The translations under genes and the position numbers were made by a program. Positions 32,540-41,674 of a DNA stretch of 64,000 nt are shown piece after piece; within the stretch, counting starts at the first letter, position 1, and every line of letters starts with the position of its first letter. Source of the stretch: an uncultured Chitinophagales bacterium (GTDB taxonomy: Bacteria; Bacteroidota; Bacteroidia; Chitinophagales; JADIYW01); NCBI GenBank assembly GCA_964507125.1, contig CAZDOT010000002.1, positions 14,863-78,862 on the forward strand, read 5' to 3'. Under the pieces are notes generated by a model, which did no database searches, was not told the DNA's origin, and worked only from the letters and a program-made list of their open reading frames with translations.

Positions 32540-35500
32540 TTAATTTAATTTAATAACCTGTTTGGTTAACGGTTTCTCGCCATTATTAATATTAAAGAAA
32601 TAAACACCTTTTGCCCATTTTTCTGTAGCAAATATCCATTCATTCAATCCTTCTTTTAACCATCGTACTTCTTGATGCATCATTTCACCCAACTCATTAT
32701 ACACTATCACTTTCACTTCTTTGGGTTGATTCGTATAGATAGTTAGAATGGTGTTATCGGTAATTGGATTTGGATAAATATTAACCAACTCAAAAGAAAT
32801 TGCTTCCAATTTAGCGTTCACAATATTTGTAAGATATGTTTTATTATCCGTATCAATTTCACGTACAACATAGTAATAAACAATGCCCGGTTGCACATTT
32901 TTATCATCAAAGGAATAGCTATTTTGTGCGGTAGAATTTCCTACGGCATTTAACTCTCCAATTTTTTCAAAGTTAATTGCATCTAAACTTCTTAATACCT
33001 CAAATTTAATGGTGTTCTTTTCTGAAGCAGTTGCCCAACTTACCTTAATATATTGATTATCGATTGGAGTTGCTTTAATATACATTAGCTCAACCGGCAA
33101 CACTGTTGGGCAATCGCCTAATTTAGCACTGCTTACTTCGCAAGCTACTTCATTGGTAATAGTATTTCTCACATGAGCAAACGTAAAAATATCTTGGAAA
33201 TTAGCCGATGTTGCCGTAGTCCAACTAGCCCCATTATTATAAGAATATTCTGCAATATATGTTGCATTGCAACCGGCACAAGATGCATTTACATTTACAA
33301 TGGGTTGTCCGGCTACACAAGTAACAGTTGGATTAATGGATACGGTTGGGAAAACAGTAATGGGTTTACACATCGATGTCATACAACCATATTTATCTGT
33401 ATAAGAATATAGTAGTGAATAGGAATTTCCAGCATTTACACCGGATGCATTGGTATTAATACTTCCTGAACTATTTGATGCCGGCACTACTGCACCACTA
33501 ATGGCTGTTCCTGTACAATTGGTGCTTGGATATAAATTTGCCGTAACGCCTGTTGCATAAGTACCTAACGGTGTGCCTAAATTTAACTGTAAAGTATTAA
33601 ACAAAGATGCAGCCGGACCAACACAATAGATTGGTGAGCAATAGGCATAATTTTGATTTATTAAAATAGTAGAGCCACCTGTTGACAATAATTCTTCTAC
33701 TCTTATAAAATTAGAAGTATTACTACCACCTCCGTTCGATGTTCCTCCACCAGAGCCTAATCCATCGCCAAAACCATCAATAATCTCTAATCTATAAGGA
33801 CCATTATTAGGTTCTATGAACGGTGTTGTGAAAGTAGTAGCACCTAAATTAGTTGCGTATCCGCCTCCTGTTGAAATAACATTATTCGATCCATCATATA
33901 AAATCCAACTAATATCTTGTGGATAGCTATCAAAGTCTATTGTAATCCTATATAATGCATACAATGGAGGTGGTTGGCTAACCGAATAATTAAGATTGTT
34001 GCCATCACAAGCGGATGCATCTACATTTAAGGTGCCGATATTAGGTTTGTCAAATGTGCCACCAACGCTACTACTACAACCATTCGCATCGGTAAATTGA
34101 ACACTCCATGCTTGTCCATCTGCAACAGTAAATGCGTTAGATATTTCGCTCTCACTTATTGGTGGTGTTGGAAATGAAATAGAAGCAGCGGCACTGGTAC
34201 CTGCAACTGTAAAGTATTGTGCCGGACTTGGTGTTGGCGATAAACCCGGCCAACCACCAGTTGGAGCTGTAACCGTAAGATTTACACCATTACTACCATC
34301 TCCCGGAGCATTACAAGTTGGTGTATAATTTGGCGTTGTAACTCGTTCTAATAAGGTAATTTTCACTGGATTACCATAGCTATAACACGAATCTAAATAA
34401 AGTGTATTGAGGCTTGCATTATAATCTATAAATGTAATCGGTGTCAACCAAAATGTTTGGTTTCCATATTTAAATGGATCGTTATTGATGATACTTAAAT
34501 TACCATGATTCTGTCCTACAATTGGAGGTCCGGTTGTTGTAACAGCTTTACGAATTTCTAATGAATATCCGAAAAAATAAGTATTATCTAAGAAACCATC
34601 ATCTTCTACTCTTAATCTCCATGTACCATTTATACCTTCACCATTCAGTCCAGCCCAAGCATCCATTGGCAAATAATATCCGGCTATTTCACCACCACCT
34701 GGGCAAGTTGCTCCTGTAATATTTCCTACTGTACCTCTATTAGAGAAACAAACATTTAAATAGCCTAAATCCGAACCACATTGATCATGAATTAACCGAT
34801 ATACTGTTCCATCGGGTGCCACTAAATCTAAATCTAAATCTTGGAAATATTCCATAGCAAGATTGACACATAACGTAATGGTGTCTGTTGCAGTATTAAA
34901 TGTTGCGCCTGTAGGGAACCCACTAATATTTACGTTATAGTATGTACTATTTCCATTATTATCTAAGGTGATATATGAGCTTGGATAATATCCTTTAACA
35001 TCTTTATAGTATTTACTGATTGGTGTTCCTGGTGAAGTAATATCAATTTGACCAACATAAAAAGGTTTCCCACTATTAGCCGGATTGAATGGATTTATAA
35101 TGGTTGGTTGTGTAGCAGAATATTGCCAACCTATTACCGGATTTGCCGCAGCATTAATACCAAAATTAATTGGATCGGCAGAAACACCTAATGTTGTTTG
35201 TTCTCCAAAACATAAAACATTATCAGCACCTTCAGTTACGCCCAAATCAGCAGTGCAACACGTTTCTCCATTATAAACCAAGAACTCATATTTACATTCA
35301 TTACCACCATAACCATCTATAAAAATATAATATTTTTGACCAGCTAAGAGATTAACTGTTACAGAACCATTGATTGTTCCTGTAGATACAGTAGCAGATG
35401 GTATGTTTGTGAATGTTCCCGTACAAGCATTATTGCTACTTGTATATAAAGCAAATTGAATTCCGGGCTGTGCACCAACACCCGCACAATGTGTGCCATT

Positions 35501-38500
35501 AGCATATCTATAAAAAATAGTATGTGATCCTGTAACAGACGCAGTATAAGTGTACCAAACAGAATTTTCAGTAGAAGCTAGCGGAAAAGCTAAATCTGAA
35601 CTACAATTAGATGTTGCAGCGAGATTATTTCCTGTGAACGGAGTACATTTCGTAGAGATATCTATTGCACCTAAACAATCATCATTTACCGGACGAGTTG
35701 GGCCACCTCCGGCATCGACTACTCGTATAGAGAAATTGCCATTTGCAATACTTACATTCGATGGATCATAATAACCATCTACCATTATATAATACGTTTC
35801 TCCAGGATTTAAATAACGAGCTTGTATAGATTCATTACCATTCGTTCCACTCACATCTGAACAATAAATTAATTGATCATCTAACTCACAACTTGAATTT
35901 AAATCATTACACGATGCACATATATCCGATTCAAAATAAAAATCAGTTAAGCAATCATCATATCGTGCTAATCGACTATCAAATAAATAAATCATGGCAT
36001 CTAAGTTATTTCCAGATCCAACATTCGTAAGATTAATATTGACGTTTCCAGAAGTAGGCGCAACAAAAGTAAACCACACACCACTTCCATCATTTCCATT
36101 ACCACATGCATAAATATATTCAGCACTTGTATAGCTAACATTATTATTACTTGTAATTGCGGCAGCACCAATTGTTAATTGTGGTGCGGTGCTACAAGTA
36201 CTCGCTCCGGAAGGCCCAGGACAAGCATAATTATTTTGAATCGTATAGGAGTTACACAATGCCGGTGCAGTTGCTGCATACGGTGCATTCCATGTAACTA
36301 TAACCGGTGTAAATATTCCATTTGTTCCAGGTGTTGCCGTTTGATTGGTATTTCCAGAAATCGTTATAGGTGCTGCAGGCGAACAAGCTGCATTAGATGT
36401 TACTACTTGACTACAATTTGTTGCTGAAACTGTTACAGTACTTCGAATATCCGGATAAATATTAAATGTACATGGTGGTGTTTGACGAACACAATTTGCT
36501 GAAATAGGTTGTGGTCGTGGATAGCCCGGAGCAATAGTAGTTGCACCATTATCTGCTAAAAGATACCCTACAAAAGTATATGTTGCAGGCGTACAACCTG
36601 GATTCGGCAAACCAACTGCTGGATTATAAATTGAATACGTTGCTGGATTATCGATATCAATAGTGCAAGGCGAACCCCAAGTATTGGATTTACAATAAGC
36701 CCAACGAAATCCCGGATCTGATCCTGCATAAGTATAATTAAAGCTTGAATTTATGGGGCTTCCGGTGCAATAATTTCCTGTATTACACGTATTCGATGTA
36801 ATGGTTGGTCTTTTGATATTTATGGAGAAATTACATTGTGCTCCGGCATTTCCATCAATAACAAAATAATAAGTAGCATTTGCTATTGGTGTAAAAGTTA
36901 CAGTGGTCGTTCCGCTTTGCACCGGAATTAATGAAGCACACGAGCCTCTAAAAATACCGAATTGAATTCCTGTAGCACTTGTGCCGGCACCGTTTGTGCA
37001 ACTCACACCCGTTACTTCCAAAGTAACTTGTGCATTACCATTATTTGCTGGTGCTGTCCATTTATACCAAACATCATTTTCTAAAGTAACAGCCGCAACA
37101 TATTGAGGATCCGGATCGGTACAAATAGCTGTTGCACCAATCGTTGATCCGGATACTACATTACACATCGGGTTTAAGTCAATGGCATTAGCACATTCAT
37201 CATTGGATGGCTTCGTATCCGGATTTCCAACTAAATCTGTACCGGGCGAAGGTTGTGCTGAAGCTGTAATATTTTCTACTACCTGAACTGTAAAGTTTGC
37301 CGTAGGTCTTGCGGCAGTTCCACTAATCCATACATAATAAGTTTGTCCCGGAATAACAAATGAAAATAATCGTTCAGCACCATTTACACCTGCATAATCA
37401 TTACAACCACCCACAATTTGTGTCATTTGGTCACATGGTTGATTACAATCATTCACACCGCCACTTAATCCGGCTGACGGACCAATTAGACTTACCTTTA
37501 CGTCAGATGTTGCATTGGGTAAAACATTGATTTGTACCCTTCCGGATGCCGGTGCTACAAAACTATACCAAACATCCTGATATGCAGTACAACCTGCATT
37601 CATTCCGGATGAAGCACCTGCATTTGAACCGGATATTGCAGCGGCATTTACGGTCAATGGTGTTGCACCACAAATATCATCATTTTGGATCATCGTCCAA
37701 TAAGGCAAACAAATTCTACTTATATAACAATCCGCAGAACCGGACGTAACATTTACTGTTTTACAAACTTTATACGTTGTTACATTGTCTAATCCATTAT
37801 AAATCCCTGTACCTGGCAACGGAGACAAAGGTGTTCCGCACGTTCCCCAAACTTGATAAGAAATATTGGACAATGCTGTATTTAAACAAGCATTGGTATT
37901 ACCGGATGAAGCTGTAATTTCTAATCCGGCATCTAACGGAAATTCCACTGTCGTAAATGGTGCGGGAACGGTAAAAGTACCGCATACTGTTGCCACTTTA
38001 GTATTGGTAGCAAAGTTAGAATGACAAGCACCATTTGCTGCCGTTTCAGCAAAAGAATAATCTGTTGGAGAATCAAATCGATAAGTGTTACAATCCGGAT
38101 CAGAACATGTACTGCATGTATTTACACTCGAGCAATTGAATGTTGCGGTAGTACCTTTTCCGGAACCTGCTGCACCACCAAAAAAATCTAATCTAAAACC
38201 TACGTTTGAACCATCCCAATTATCTACTAAAATATAAATTACCTGACCGGCACTTACTGTCATATTATTGGAAAACAAGTTGCCTGAGGCACTATTTGAA
38301 TTTCCATTTCCAGTACCTCTAATTCCTGTTGGTGATTGAGGTGCTGCATAATTACATCTATCCGGTGCACTCAATTGTGCTGCAGTTGGACAAGAACCTC
38401 CAACACCTTGATTCCAAACTGAAAAATCATAATCTGCTGATCCATTATATGGCTCCAAGGTAAATTCTAATACACCACCAGTTTGAACAACTAATCTAAA

Positions 38501-38527
38501 CCAACGTGAATTATGTTCACCGGACAT
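32540..38527 (-). CDS. giant Cys-rich secreted/cell-surface protein, T9SS cargo (1995 codons as tracked; see the upstream in-frame fragment)
   Basis: Contains repeated N-D-x-C-x-x-A...V-W-Y modules, a proprotein-convertase P-domain-like segment and a T9SS C-terminal sorting domain. There is no signal peptide after the tracked Met. Confidence 0.85.
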   Translation of the reverse strand: MSGEHNSRWFRLVVQTGGVLEFTLEPYNGSADYDFSVWNQGVGGSCPTAAQLSAPDRCNYAAPQSPTGIRGTGNGNSNSASGNLFSNNMTVSAGQVIYILVDNWDGSNVGFRLDFFGGAAGSGKGTTATFNCSSVNTCSTCSDPDCNTYRFDSPTDYSFAETAANGACHSNFATNTKVATVCGTFTVPAPFTTVEFPLDAGLEITASSGNTNACLNTALSNISYQVWGTCGTPLSPLPGTGIYNGLDNVTTYKVCKTVNVTSGSADCYISRICLPYWTMIQNDDICGATPLTVNAAAISGSNAGASSGMNAGCTAYQDVWYSFVAPASGRVQINVLPNATSDVKVSLIGPSAGLSGGVNDCNQPCDQMTQIVGGCNDYAGVNGAERLFSFVIPGQTYYVWISGTAARPTANFTVQVVENITASAQPSPGTDLVGNPDTKPSNDECANAIDLNPMCNVVSGSTIGATAICTDPDPQYVAAVTLENDVWYKWTAPANNGNAQVTLEVTGVSCTNGAGTSATGIQFGIFRGSCASLIPVQSGTTTVTFTPIANATYYFVIDGNAGAQCNFSINIKRPTITSNTCNTGNYCTGSPINSSFNYTYAGSDPGFRWAYCKSNTWGSPCTIDIDNPATYSIYNPAVGLPNPGCTPATYTFVGYLLADNGATTIAPGYPRPQPISANCVRQTPPCTFNIYPDIRSTVTVSATNCSQVVTSNAACSPAAPITISGNTNQTATPGTNGIFTPVIVTWNAPYAATAPALCNSYTIQNNYACPGPSGASTCSTAPQLTIGAAAITSNNNVSYTSAEYIYACGNGNDGSGVWFTFVAPTSGNVNINLTNVGSGNNLDAMIYLFDSRLARYDDCLTDFYFESDICASCNDLNSSCELDDQLIYCSDVSGTNGNESIQARYLNPGETYYIMVDGYYDPSNVSIANGNFSIRVVDAGGGPTRPVNDDCLGAIDISTKCTPFTGNNLAATSNCSSDLAFPLASTENSVWYTYTASVTGSHTIFYRYANGTHCAGVGAQPGIQFALYTSSNNACTGTFTNIPSATVSTGTINGSVTVNLLAGQKYYIFIDGYGGNECKYEFLVYNGETCCTADLGVTEGADNVLCFGEQTTLGVSADPINFGINAAANPVIGWQYSATQPTIINPFNPANSGKPFYVGQIDITSPGTPISKYYKDVKGYYPSSYITLDNNGNSTYYNVNISGFPTGATFNTATDTITLCVNLAMEYFQDLDLDLVAPDGTVYRLIHDQCGSDLGYLNVCFSNRGTVGNITGATCPGGGEIAGYYLPMDAWAGLNGEGINGTWRLRVEDDGFLDNTYFFGYSLEIRKAVTTTGPPIVGQNHGNLSIINNDPFKYGNQTFWLTPITFIDYNASLNTLYLDSCYSYGNPVKITLLERVTTPNYTPTCNAPGDGSNGVNLTVTAPTGGWPGLSPTPSPAQYFTVAGTSAAASISFPTPPISESEISNAFTVADGQAWSVQFTDANGCSSSVGGTFDKPNIGTLNVDASACDGNNLNYSVSQPPPLYALYRITIDFDSYPQDISWILYDGSNNVISTGGGYATNLGATTFTTPFIEPNNGPYRLEIIDGFGDGLGSGGGTSNGGGSNTSNFIRVEELLSTGGSTILINQNYAYCSPIYCVGPAASLFNTLQLNLGTPLGTYATGVTANLYPSTNCTGTAISGAVVPASNSSGSINTNASGVNAGNSYSLLYSYTDKYGCMTSMCKPITVFPTVSINPTVTCVAGQPIVNVNASCAGCNATYIAEYSYNNGASWTTATSANFQDIFTFAHVRNTITNEVACEVSSAKLGDCPTVLPVELMYIKATPIDNQYIKVSWATASEKNTIKFEVLRSLDAINFEKIGELNAVGNSTAQNSYSFDDKNVQPGIVYYYVVREIDTDNKTYLTNIVNAKLEAISFELVNIYPNPITDNTILTIYTNQPKEVKVIVYNELGEMMHQEVRWLKEGLNEWIFATEKWAKGVYFFNINNGEKPLTKQVIKLN
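32543..32794 (-). other. T9SS (Por) C-terminal sorting domain of the giant protein
   Basis: The last ~84 aa, FELVNIYPNPITDNTILTIY...GVYFFNINNGEKPLTKQVIKLN, match the type A CTD pattern (YPNP ... GvY). Confidence 0.8.
34553..34860 (-). other. proprotein-convertase P-domain-like segment inside the giant protein
   Basis: DLDLDLVAPDGTVYRLIHDQCG...GTWRLRVEDDGFLDNTYFFGYSLEI. No subtilase D/H/S catalytic motifs seen elsewhere in the ORF. Confidence 0.6.
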
Positions 38528-38530
38528 TAA

Positions 38531-38707
38531 TCAACCACAACCTCCTGTTGGACAATCTTGCGTTCCAAAACCATCCGTTAATTGTTCTGCTAACTGATTA
38601 TTACAAATACTAATTGCATTTGCACAATTGTTTCCTACTTGTGCATATACAGTATGTATATTACACCATAAAAATAAAATACTTATATATCGTAAACATA
38701 CCTTCAT
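38531..38707 (-). CDS. 58-codon ORF encoding the signal peptide and first half-module, in frame with the giant ORF and ended by a single TGA
   Basis: Hand translation MKVCLRYISILFLWCNIHTVYAQVGNNCANAISICNNQLAEQLTDGFGTQDCPTGGCG-TGA-L-M(38527). 38707 minus 38527 is 180 nt, or 60 codons. Confidence 0.7.
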   Translation of the reverse strand: MKVCLRYISILFLWCNIHTVYAQVGNNCANAISICNNQLAEQLTDGFGTQDCPTGGCG

Positions 38708-38736
38708 CTTCCCACATTTTTATAACTATGAAAATA

Positions 38737-39375
38737 TTATTGCAACAACTTTTTCAAGTCTATTAATTCCGTTTGCATCTTAATATATTCTGAACTCGAA
38801 GTGTCCGTCATTCTTTGGATTTCAGTTTCTAAATAATGCATTCTATCTTCCAAAAATTTTCTTTTTAATGGAGAAATAGTTAGCGCATTATTTTTATCGT
38901 ATGCTGCATTGGTTGTGTTCGTTTGCTCTTGGATATCGGCACTTTGTTTCTCTAACTTACGCGGTGCAACTTCTTTATTTACATTGATTGAGTAATCATT
39001 TATTTCTTGTGTGGCTACTACTTTTAAATCGAGAAAAATAGGATTCTGATTTTCAGAATTTATTACTTGTTCAATTTGATCTCTATTTTTTCTTTCTTCG
39101 CTATAATTTGGTTTCACTTCAGATGTATTAACCTGAAAGTTAGGAGATGCTTCCGTAGATGTTTCAGTATCTACTTTTCCTGACTTTTGTAGAATAATTT
39201 TTGTCTTTGATTCTGGAATATTCGGTTGTTTCTTAATCTCAAAATCTTGATCTGATTTAATACTTTCTATCTTTTTTGATAGTAATATTCTATCCGATTG
39301 AGCTACTGCTTGAGAAAAGGCAAGAAATAATAAAATAGAAATAAAAAAGGCGTGTAAATATTTGTGCATATTCAT
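38737..39375 (-). CDS. hypothetical secreted protein, low complexity with coiled-coil C-terminus
   Basis: Signal peptide (FFISILLFLAFSQAVAQ). No recognisable domain. Stop lies 29 nt upstream of the ATG at 38707. Confidence 0.6.
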   Translation of the reverse strand: MNMHKYLHAFFISILLFLAFSQAVAQSDRILLSKKIESIKSDQDFEIKKQPNIPESKTKIILQKSGKVDTETSTEASPNFQVNTSEVKPNYSEERKNRDQIEQVINSENQNPIFLDLKVVATQEINDYSINVNKEVAPRKLEKQSADIQEQTNTTNAAYDKNNALTISPLKRKFLEDRMHYLETEIQRMTDTSSSEYIKMQTELIDLKKLLQ

Positions 39376-39625
39376 AACATGGTTTTCTTAGGTGCTAAAA
39401 AATGTTAATACCTACTATAATATTAGTAAATTAATGACATATATCAATAAAAATTAATAGAAATTCTTTATTTTTTAACAAAAAAGAGAAGTAATTAAAA
39501 GATTGCGGCATAATTTCTTCTATTATATGAGCATTACTGAGATTTTAAGCATTCAGATATTCTATACACAGATTACAAATTCTGTAAAAAAAGAATTTTA
39601 TATACGCATTCTGCCTTCGTCTTTT

Positions 39626-39655
39626 TTTGAATTAAACGACAAACTACTACATTTG
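39626..39655 (+). promoter_or_regulatory. candidate Bacteroidota sigma-A promoter of trpS (TTTG-N18-TACATTTG)
   Basis: -33 TTTG at 39626-39629 and -7 TACATTTG at 39648-39655. The ATG begins 4 nt after the final G. Confidence 0.4.
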
Positions 39656-39659
39656 CACC

Positions 39660-40664
39660 ATGAAAGAAAAAGTATTAAGTGGTGTAAGAAGTACCGGAAA
39701 TTTACATTTGGGAAATTATTTTGGTGCTATTAAAAATTTTATACAAATGCAGGAAGACTATGAAGCCTATTTCTTCATTGCCAACTTGCATGCACTTACA
39801 ACACATCCAGACCCTGAACTTTTAAAAAAATCAGTTCGTGCAACATTAGTTGAGTATATCGCTTGTGGCTTAGACGCAGAAAAAAGTACCATTTATGTAC
39901 AAAGCGATGTACCTGAAATATCAGAATTATATGCCTTATTAAATATGTTAGCCTACAAAGGTGAATTGGAGAAATGCACTTCTTTCAAAGAAAAAATCAA
40001 AAAACACCAAGAAAATATTAATGCCGGATTATTGACTTATCCTGTATTGATGGCAGCAGATATTCTCATTCACAGAGCACATAAAGTTCCGGTTGGAAAA
40101 GATCAAGAACAACATCTGGAAATGACTCGAAATTTTGCCGTGCGTTTTAATCATTTGTTTGGAGTAGATTTTTTTCCGGAACCACAAGCCTTTGACATGA
40201 CAGGAAAATTAGTGAAAGTTCCGGGCTTAGATGGTAACGGAAAAATGGGAAAAAGTGAAGGCGAAGGAAATGCAATATTTTTAAGAGATGATGCCGAAGT
40301 AATTCGGAAAAAAGTAATGCGAGCTAAAACAGATGCTGGTCCAACAGAACCAAACCAACCAAAAACTGAAGAGATACAAAACATATTTACTTTAATGGGA
40401 TTAGTATCAACTAAAGAAACTATCCAGCATTTTGAAGACAGCTACAACAATTGCACTATCCGATATGGTGAACTCAAAAAACAATTAGCAGAAGACATCA
40501 TTTTATTTACAGCACCTCTAAAAGCAAAAATCACAGAATTAGAAAACAATCCAACTTTTATCAATGAAATAGCCAAAGCCGGTGCAGAAAAAGCCAGAAA
40601 AAGTGCAAGAGCAACCTTGGATGGTGTTCAAGAAATTATGGGATTAAAACCCATTTGGAAATAA
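39660..40664 (+). CDS. trpS: tryptophan--tRNA ligase
   Basis: HIGH-type GNLHLGNY, KMSKS-type KMGKS; 334 aa. Confidence 0.97.
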   Translation: MKEKVLSGVRSTGNLHLGNYFGAIKNFIQMQEDYEAYFFIANLHALTTHPDPELLKKSVRATLVEYIACGLDAEKSTIYVQSDVPEISELYALLNMLAYKGELEKCTSFKEKIKKHQENINAGLLTYPVLMAADILIHRAHKVPVGKDQEQHLEMTRNFAVRFNHLFGVDFFPEPQAFDMTGKLVKVPGLDGNGKMGKSEGEGNAIFLRDDAEVIRKKVMRAKTDAGPTEPNQPKTEEIQNIFTLMGLVSTKETIQHFEDSYNNCTIRYGELKKQLAEDIILFTAPLKAKITELENNPTFINEIAKAGAEKARKSARATLDGVQEIMGLKPIWK

Positions 40665-40768
40665 TCACATCCAACAAACTTATCCACTTTTTTAAAAAAT
40701 AACGCAGCTATCTTCTTCATTGAATAAAATTTATATAGATTAGACATTCCAAATAAAAAACCATACTC

Positions 40769-41407
40769 GTGGCAAAACAAAAAAAACAACTCAAGCATAT
40801 CGCAGTAGCAGGAAACATCGGCTCCGGAAAAACAACGCTTACAGAAAAATTAGCCAAACACTATAATTGGGAAGCTCGTTTTGAAGACGTTGAAAACAAT
40901 CCGTATCTAAACGATTTTTACCAAGATATGCCACGTTGGTCTTTTAATTTGCAAATCTATTTTTTAAATAGTCGATTGCGTCAATTAGTTGAAATACAAG
41001 AAGGTGAACAAATCGTTATTCAAGATAGAACCATTTATGAAGATGCTCATATTTTTGCACCTAACTTACACGAAATGGGCTTAATGAGTACACGTGATTT
41101 TGAAAATTATATCAGCTTCTTTCGTACTATCAGTAAAAAAGTAAACTCTCCTGATTTATTAATCTATCTAAAAGCTTCTATCGGAACATTAGTTGGTCAA
41201 ATTGAAAGACGTGGTCGTGCGTACGAAGACAATATCCGATTAGATTATTTAAAACAATTAAATTCCTATTATAATAATTGGATTGATAACTACAAAGAAG
41301 GTCCACTTTTAGTAATTAATGTAGATGATTTAAACTACGCCGACAAGCCGGATGATTTCGGAAAAGTAGTTGAAAAAATTGATGCCGAATTATTCGGTTT
41401 ATTTTAA
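40769..41407 (+). CDS. deoxynucleoside kinase
   Basis: P-loop GNIGSGKTT, DRTIYED, R-rich lid ERRGRAYE; GTG start. Confidence 0.85.
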   Translation: MAKQKKQLKHIAVAGNIGSGKTTLTEKLAKHYNWEARFEDVENNPYLNDFYQDMPRWSFNLQIYFLNSRLRQLVEIQEGEQIVIQDRTIYEDAHIFAPNLHEMGLMSTRDFENYISFFRTISKKVNSPDLLIYLKASIGTLVGQIERRGRAYEDNIRLDYLKQLNSYYNNWIDNYKEGPLLVINVDDLNYADKPDDFGKVVEKIDAELFGLF

Positions 41408-41583
41408 TTAAATCCACCATCTTTTTTATTATTTCTTTCTCATTTCAATTTGCACACTTAGCTATTTTAATTAATTGTATGTAACACGTTGTATGTAATA
41501 GTATTTGCATCAACACCTTTTTGTTCCTAAACAGCTCTAATATTACGTAAATATTATTTTTAAAAATTTTGATTAATTTAAAA

Positions 41584-41599
41584 ACGACAAATTTGTCGT
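41584..41599. promoter_or_regulatory. perfect 16-bp palindrome ACGACAAATTTGTCGT, candidate operator
   Basis: Self-complementary over all 16 nt. Ends 75 nt upstream of the ATG at 41675, within a 267-bp intergenic region. Confidence 0.4.
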
Positions 41600-41674
41600 A
41601 AATAGAAAAATAGTTTTAAATTTAATTTCAAGAGAAACAAGTAAACGCAACAATAACAACTTAAAATTTTATTT

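Noticed and set aside
38506-38520. Hairpin GTGAA-CATAA-TTCAC starting 10 nt after the in-frame TGA of the giant gene, considered as a bacterial SECIS (selenocysteine insertion) element.
   Set aside because: The stem is only 5 bp with a weak extension. The apical loop lacks the conserved G/U features of bacterial SECIS elements. No sel genes are in the window, and a secreted adhesin is an unlikely selenoprotein. I keep it only as something to test, not as evidence for selenocysteine.
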